The notes under the pieces: generated by a model
What the model saw: only the letters and a program-made list of their open reading frames with translations
Databases searched by the model: none
Told to the model about the DNA's origin: nothing
Shown here: positions 55,496-64,000 of the stretch, piece after piece
How positions within the stretch are numbered: the first letter of the stretch is position 1
How the letters are laid out: each line of letters opens with the position of its first letter
From: Eledone cirrhosa
Taxonomy: Eukaryota
NCBI GenBank assembly: GCA_964016885.1
Contig: OZ024743.1
Coordinates: 264,802,001 to 264,866,000, forward strand
Direction of reading: 5' to 3'
Length of the DNA: 64,000 nucleotides
Translations under genes and position numbers: made by a program

Positions 55496-56122
55496 TAACG
55501 ATATGTAGATATGCATGGTCTCGTCACTCTTGATAGAGTCATAGGGGCACCGTATTGATATTCGGCATTTCTTGGGCATTTTAAAGCCTAACGGAGTCCA
55601 TCCCTCTTCAGGCCATAACGATAATACTAACGGTAAAAATGGGTAATGAGTAGTGATAAAAGAAATGAATATATTAATACTATTAAAATTATTAATTTTC
55701 TTTTTTATATTCAAAAATATTAAGAGAGATTAAGAAAATTAGGGTTTATTACGAATAGTTGCGGTGAGGTTTTCACGTTGCACAGAAAATTAAAAAAATT
55801 AAACATTACTATTGAATTTAAAGGTTTAAATATGTGGGATTTAAAATAGTGCAATGATAAATTTTGAAATATAGAGACTTCATTTCTTAATACATAAATA
55901 TATAAACCCATAATTACCCAGATACTTGAATGCATTAACAAAATATACATGTAGAAACTGTGTCAGTATATACACATAGGTAGGTAAATGCATGAATAAT
56001 AAATACAAATAGAAATATACGAAAACAAGTATTCATATGAATATATTAATATACACACGTATATATATATATGTATGCATACATACATATATAATATACA
56101 TACATACATACTTATATATAAT

Positions 56123-56297
56123 GGCACAAGGCCAGTTATTACTCCAGTGTATTACTGGTACTTTATTTTATCGACCCCGTAAGGATGAAAGGCAAAGTTA
56201 ACCTCGGCGGGATTTGAACTCAGAATGGCAAGGGCCGTAACTCAATACGTCAAAGCACGGCGTCCGACCCTCTACCGATACTGCCAATCCACCGCCC
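56123..56297 (-). mobile_element. tRNA-derived SINE
   Basis: Family head and core. Confidence 0.88.
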
Positions 56298-56949
56298 TTC
56301 GAATATTAATATTAATAATCGATTTGCTTGCAATTATGCAAACAAATTATGCAAACGAGCCTCTTTTAAGCCATGTCAGTAGAACGAGCCCTTCATTATT
56401 GTTCTTGTGTTGGCATATAAACAGAACTGCAGTAACTAATATTTCTCGGTGATTAACCTTCATCAGTACAGTTCACTGTTCACTTGCCAATTGTCAGAGC
56501 TAGTGAAAATATATGATATTTTCTAAAATATACAGTGACTAATCGGCCTGATTTGCATATTAGCTGACTGGCCGATCAGTCAGATCTGCACATTAGTAGA
56601 TCCACTGATCAGCCAGATTTGCATATCAGGGAAATATTCTTCAGTTTAAGGAGACCATATTTATCATGAACTTCTACATACCAATTCCCGATCCAGCATA
56701 AATGACAAAAACAAATTACGTAATTAAATCGTTACTTGATTACTTGACTCATCATATTAGGACTACGTGATGGGCTTATAATACCGCTAGAAATAGCAAC
56801 CAAAAGACCTTCTGACAGATCAACAACTCAGGAGCAGCTTATGAATAACAATGATACATATATATGTATATATATATATGAATCTATACACACAAACACA
56901 GACACACACACACACACGCAAACACACAAACACACACACAAACACACAA

Positions 56950-57023
<74 letters not shown>

Positions 57024-57042
57024 ACACACACACACACAGACT

Positions 57043-57079
<37 letters not shown>

Positions 57080-57331
57080 CCAGCGAAACTCCAACCGTCA
57101 AGGTTGTTCTTCGGCGGGTATGTCAACATTTATAAAACACATTTTGTATTTTATCTGAACCAAAATTTGCCGTGGTTGCCCTTGAAATATATATAATAAA
57201 ATAATTATGGTCTTATAAATATAGTTTCCATTTATTAATATAATGAATATTTACTCCACCAGCTGTTGAGTGCTTTATATTAGTTATAAAATTTTAAGTT
57301 TGTTGAATTCCAACAAATTAAATACAACCTT

Positions 57332-57365
<34 letters not shown>

Positions 57366-57708
57366 CACCTATCATTCTTTTTCACTATTTTACTTTTTTT
57401 CTTCTTTTTGTTTTAACACCAACCGCCGAAACGTTGATAATATTCGTATTTCTTCGAGCGTTAAACCAATAGCGATCACACGTGTAGGCAAGCAGGTGTG
57501 TATGTATGTATGTATGTATGTATGTATGTATGTATGTATGCCCTATGCTTTGGTATGATGATGAATACCCTGCAGCAGGACTTAATTATAACATTCATTG
57601 TTGCTTGAAGCTATTTCACCTTTATGAGTTTGTGTTATGAGTTTGTTTCAGGGTAAGTATGTATATGTGTGAATGAGTGCGCGAATGTTTGTGTGTATGT
57701 ATGTGTGC

Positions 57709-57748
<40 letters not shown>

Positions 57749-58115
57749 ATGTGAGCGTGCGTGTGTCCATGTGAGTGTGCGTATGTGTATGTTATTTATT
57801 ATTTTCTTCTGAAAAATTACATACGCCCTGGTAAAAATGACATGCTGAATAACGTTCTACTTATCTCTATAATTATTTAACATAAAGAAAGAAAATAAAT
57901 AATTACATTCTAAATCATGCAGCATGAAAATGTATTCTATATTTGGATTTGTTTGTTTGTTAATCTCTGTGAAGTGAACTGTACAACCGTTTGTTTATAA
58001 TATTTCAAACGACATGACCTTTGTTTATATCAACTAACATCATATCTAGCACTCTTTCTCATTACTTCTCTTTACTCTGCTTATTCCTTCTTTTTATTTC
58101 GATAATCCTCATGTA

Positions 58116-58184
<69 letters not shown>

Positions 58185-58243
58185 GTGCGTGTGTGTGTGT
58201 GTGTGTTTGCGTGCATCGATATATATATATATATATATATACA

Positions 58244-58335
<92 letters not shown>

Positions 58336-58376
58336 CAGAGAGAGAGAGAGAGGCATACATATACATTAAAAAGAAC

Positions 58377-58826
58377 AGAAGGCCGGTCAGGAAACTTTCT
58401 TTACAATTTTAATTACGCGAATACACTACACATATCTCAATGGACCAGTTCCCTTCTCCGATCATGACGCTAGTGTTGGGCGATTTCATGAAATGTTGAT
58501 TGCAGAATTAGTTATATAAGATAATATAATATGACGACTACATGATTACGGCGAACACGAATGGGGAATAGATTTGGTTCGGGGATGGTTTGCGGTTATA
58601 ACTACCCCGACATTTCAAGCACTCAGCGAACCGATTTTAACTTTTATTCTCTGTTCTCGTACGCACTGCTCCTATTATATTATCTCGAATAACTAATTCT
58701 GCAATCAACTCCTGATGAAATCGCCTAATGTCTCATCATAATCGGATGACGTAACTGGGCCATTGAAATATGTAGATTGTTTTAGCGGGATCAACATTTT
58801 AAAGAAAATTTCCTGCCCGGCCTTCT
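58377..58826. mobile_element. MITE-like element with ~30-bp terminal inverted repeats
   Basis: agaaggccggtcaggaaactttctttacaa vs ttttaaagaaaatttcctgcccggccttct; no ORF inside. Confidence 0.6.
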
Positions 58827-58982
58827 ATTGCTATTGATGAATATTTAACTCCATTGCTGCACCAGCCACGGAAAGTACATCTACTAAGAATGATTTGCAT
58901 AACGTAGAGAGCTTTCATTTATTGCACTATCGTTTATTAACCGGAACGACCTAAACAAACTAATATAAATAGTATGTATGAT

Positions 58983-60197
<1,215 letters not shown>

Positions 60198-60202
<5 letters not shown>

Positions 60203-60310
60203 GAAAAGGCCTCTGTAGGACTAAAACTGTTTCATTCGGAGAAAATCATCATTTCGTAATGATTTTCTTCGAATGAAACGTTTCTAGTCCTGTAGTAGCC
60301 ATTTCTATAT
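60198..60310. repeat. Imperfect fold-back with a degenerate HHR-like core at the apex
   Basis: atatagaaaaggcctctgtaggactaaaactgtttcattcggagaaaatcat vs atgattttcttcgaatgaaacgtttctagtcctgtagtagccatttctatat. Confidence 0.75.
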
Positions 60311-60422
60311 CAAATATTTATACTCTGCTATGTATTGAGTACCTTACTTTCTGTGGTTACCCCCGATTAAACCCGGAATACATACACACACACACACACA
60401 CATAGATATATATGTATATATA

Positions 60423-60531
60423 CCCGCTGATGAAGCCGGATAAGCCGATTGTGTATTGTTGCATTATATATGCAGACGGATGGTGCAGTGCACCTTAGTG
60501 CTGCATCAGTGCGGCAGAAACTCGATCTGGG
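60423..60531 (+). ncRNA. Candidate hammerhead with greatly extended stem II (family E, copy 1)
   Basis: cccg-CTGATGA-agccg...[insert]...cggca-GAAA-ctcga-TC-tggg. Confidence 0.5.
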
Positions 60532-61265
60532 AACCATTATAGGCACCCGTTTTACGTGTGTTGTGTTGAGGCAAATAACTATGTGTATACTCTGGTAATG
60601 TATCTTACATTGCCCATGGAGTACACTGAGATACAACGGGTACTGACATTGATAAATATGCTGGGTCCATCAACTCATTATTATTATCTCCCAACTAGCG
60701 GACTATTTTGAATAAGTTAAACAATTTTTCACTTTTTTATTGTTTTTTGTTTGTTTGATATGCACTCTATTTTCCTGCTATTAATGTTGTCTCTCACTCT
60801 TTTAATTTGTGAAATATATTGGTTCTCTACGCACACGGCTGACACATTTCAGCTTCTACTATATTGCTCTATAATGGATAATCGCATTTAAAATCCGTTA
60901 ATGGTTCTGGGCACTAGCATTGTTACCATCGCTTTCCTCTAACCATGGGGCTTGGAGACATGTGCCGAATACTACCATTCTATTATACATCAATGTGAAC
61001 TGCTATTTCTAATAGACATCTTTTCACCTCTTAATAATTTGTGTGTGAGACACGTTGGCTGGGTGCTTTTGACGGGAACGAAATGATTGATTGTTTATCT
61101 TCCCGCCGCCACGTAAAATTTGTAAATCGGTGGCTAGTCGAGAGATAGAATCTTTTCGAGTGCCAGTTGCTAATCGCTTTACCGTGTCAGTCGTCACAAA
61201 CAGTCATGACCGGCATGGGCTGGTGTTCGGATTCTGTCGATCGATTGGTTATTGATTAGGCGATA

Positions 61266-61375
61266 CTCGCTGATGAAGCCGCATAAGCCGATTGTGCATT
61301 GTTGCCTAATATATGCAGAGGGATGGTGCAGTGCATCTTAGTGCTGCATCAGTGCGGTAGAAATTCGGGTCCAGG
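61266..61375 (+). ncRNA. Candidate hammerhead with extended stem II (family E, copy 2)
   Basis: ctcg-CTGATGA-agccgca...tgcggta-GAAA-ttcggg-TC-cagg; 61262-61522 is a direct repeat of 60420-60680. Confidence 0.45.
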
Positions 61376-61523
61376 AACAATTATAGGCACACGTTTTACG
61401 TGTGTTGTGTTGAGGCAAATAACTGTGTATACTCTGGGAATGTATCTTACATTGCCCTTAGAGTACGCTGAGATACAATGGGTACTGGCATTGATAAATT
61501 TGCTGGGTCCGTCAACTCCTTAT

Positions 61524-61708
61524 TGTGGATTGGCAGTATCGGTAGAGAGTCGGGCACCATGCTTTGAAGCATAGAATTACGTCCCTTTATGATCTGAGTT
61601 CAAATCGCACCGAGGTTAACTTTGCCTTTCATCCTTACGGGGTGCATAAAATAAAGTACCAGTAATGTACTGGGCAATTGCTGGCCTTATGCCTAAAATA
61701 GAAACAAT
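61524..61708 (+). mobile_element. tRNA-derived SINE
   Basis: Family head, core and tail. Confidence 0.85.
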
Positions 61709-61920
61709 TATATATATATATAAATGAAAAGTATAGAGATTTGTGTAGCAAGAAGCCAACAGTATTCCATAATATATAAGTGACTATAGCGTCAAAATGG
61801 AAAAATAGTTAACGTAAGATGTGGGAAAATAATTCAAACTCAATTAAAAAAAAATCAGGATATAGATTCATCCACAGAATTTTGTGAAATCCAGGGAAAA
61901 ATCAATAGAGCCTGGTGTAC

Positions 61921-61980
<60 letters not shown>

Positions 61981-62263
61981 GTATATAAAGGACTCAATAT
62001 ATACTATTTATAACATGTGGTTATACAATAGCTCTATGAGAAAATTCGAGCTAAAAATCCAAGATCTCAGGGCTTTGCACACTACCAATAAACTTTTGTC
62101 TAATTCTTTGTGGAAGTTGGAAATACTTAGACACAGAACATGTTTTATACTTACATTACCACTTAGCTTTTACTAGGTCTAAACGGTACAATTTCATGCA
62201 GTTAACATCGGCAAATGGCGACGCCAAAGGCTGCAATCATCAGTAGAAATCTTGAAATTCTAG

Positions 62264-62299
<36 letters not shown>

Positions 62300-63120
62300 A
62301 TAAAAATACATAAAAAAAGGTCAACACAAGAGAATAATACAATACGAAGATGATATCTATGTTATATGTGTATATATATATATATATATGTTATATGTAT
62401 ATGTATATATATATATATATGTGTATGTGTGTGTATGTATGTGTGCGCACGCGTGTTTGTTTGCGTTTGTTTCTGTATATGTGTGTGTGCTTTTGTATGT
62501 GTGCTTACCATGTTTCTATCCACCAAGCCCGTGTGCATGGCAGCATACTAGGTCAGTGGGACTAACTTTCAATGCCTCATTCCTTTCTCTAGACAGCAGC
62601 TTCTAATATAAATGAAAAAATTCTTCTATTTATTCATTTATATATTTATTTATTCATATATCCATTAGCATATAAATGAACTTGAGAGATACATGCATCC
62701 ACAACAGAAATTGTAGAAAAACCGTATTAATATCAAAACACATTTGCTCTTATCTGACGATCACTCACATATTCTCTCCATGTTTGAAACAAATAATCAA
62801 ATCGGAATTTTATCGATCCTGTAGAATCTCAAGTGAGGCAAATTCCTGATAAGATTTATCATATTTGGTTTTGTAATCTATCTGATATCTCTGAGGCTGC
62901 GCTTATTTTGTTTGTTAGTTGTGGCGTTGCTGTTTGTCGCGGGCAGCAGATCTTTTGCTATATTGTATATCTTATTTTACATAAACAAACAATAGTATCA
63001 ACCCTAATAATCAAAATGCATCACGGCCAGCCACACCTCCACCATTACCACCACCACCAGCACCACCACCCAAAACAAACAACAACAACAGTAACAACAA
63101 CAACATCACCACCTGAACCA

Positions 63121-63146
63121 TAATAACAATAATAATGATAATGATA

Positions 63147-63242
<96 letters not shown>

Positions 63243-63270
63243 GTGGTGATGATGATGATGTTGATAATAA
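63121..63270. repeat. (AAT)n/(GAT)n trinucleotide microsatellite
   Basis: Seen directly. Confidence 0.95.
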
Positions 63271-64000
63271 TCACCATCATCTTCCATATCCACACTGCCA
63301 ATATTCATCGTATTGTTTTAATTATATTATGAATATAGAAACGTGTATACTTATTATCATTAATAAAAATCTTTTAACCCTGAAACTAATTACCTTGTAG
63401 ATCTGATGATATAATGTTTCTGCTAATCCATAGCCGTTATTTTCCTCAATGATAATCTATATTATAGGAAGATGGCATGGGGAGAATGCGCACTTATTTA
63501 ATGTCTCAACGAGGAGGTGAACACAGTTTTGTATTGCTTATTCGGTATTTCATTTATCCTATGTGTATTTACAGACAGTGAACCATATTCTTGGAACACT
63601 TGTAAAAGTGACGCTGTCTTGCAATGAACTGAGGTTGATCTTTGCAATTTGATTTTCACATTCTAATGTCTCCATTTCTTGGGTGGGTTGAGTTTCTACT
63701 TAAGTTTTAGCAATGTCCTATTTAATTTGGTTCTATTTCTTCTATCTTCATTTCATAAGAACATTTTTATTCTCTGAAAATTCGGTGTGTACATTTGTGT
63801 GGTTGTATTTGTTTGTGTATGTGAGAGCAAGTGTGTGTGTCAGTCTTTTCTCGCTGAGATAAAGTCAGAGGCTTGAATTATTGATATAAGTTCTATATTC
63901 ATATTTGTTTAAAGATCCCTTTCTGAATCGATTTCTAGTAAGCTCTCTTTTAATTTCTGTCTCGGTACATTTTTTATTGCTGTTAAATATGTGTTATTGG

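Noticed and set aside
62833-63332. Poly-His/Met/Ile ORFs
   Set aside because: Products of the (GAT)n tract; no domain or supported exon structure
63394-63774. Possible minus-strand exon between ttttcag and aggtaa signals
   Set aside because: Stops appear in all three frames soon after the acceptor; a non-coding exon cannot be assessed without RNA data

Overview
AT-rich, microsatellite-dense eukaryotic DNA, most likely from an octopod cephalopod (inferred from about 14 copies of one tRNA-derived SINE and long (TA)n/(CA)n tracts). No host protein-coding gene can be supported; most track ORFs are microsatellite read-throughs. The window is a transposon landscape with four main parts. (1) A ~9.7 kb inverted duplication (404-10109) centred on a Penelope-like element (PLE). 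(2) A 23.6-34.4 kb cluster of retrotransposons stacked in (ATT/TAA)n repeats: a near-intact Tx1/L1-clade LINE, a truncated copy of it, and three R4/Dong-like RLE elements. (3) A decayed PLE with RT and GIY-YIG domains (47.7-50.8 kb), plus RTE, CRE-like, Helitron, Tc1 and MITE remnants. (4) At least six unrelated short repeat families carrying type I hammerhead ribozyme (HHR) motifs with palindromic stem III, found by eye. They occur as tandem and fold-back arrays next to (TA)n tracts, i.e. PLE terminal repeats or retrozyme-like elements. They include a U3-A8 core variant, a candidate HHR with a very long stem II insertion, and short copies starting about 35 nt downstream of a TATA box in the parent PLE. 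All calls are from manual reading; no alignment, folding or database search was run.
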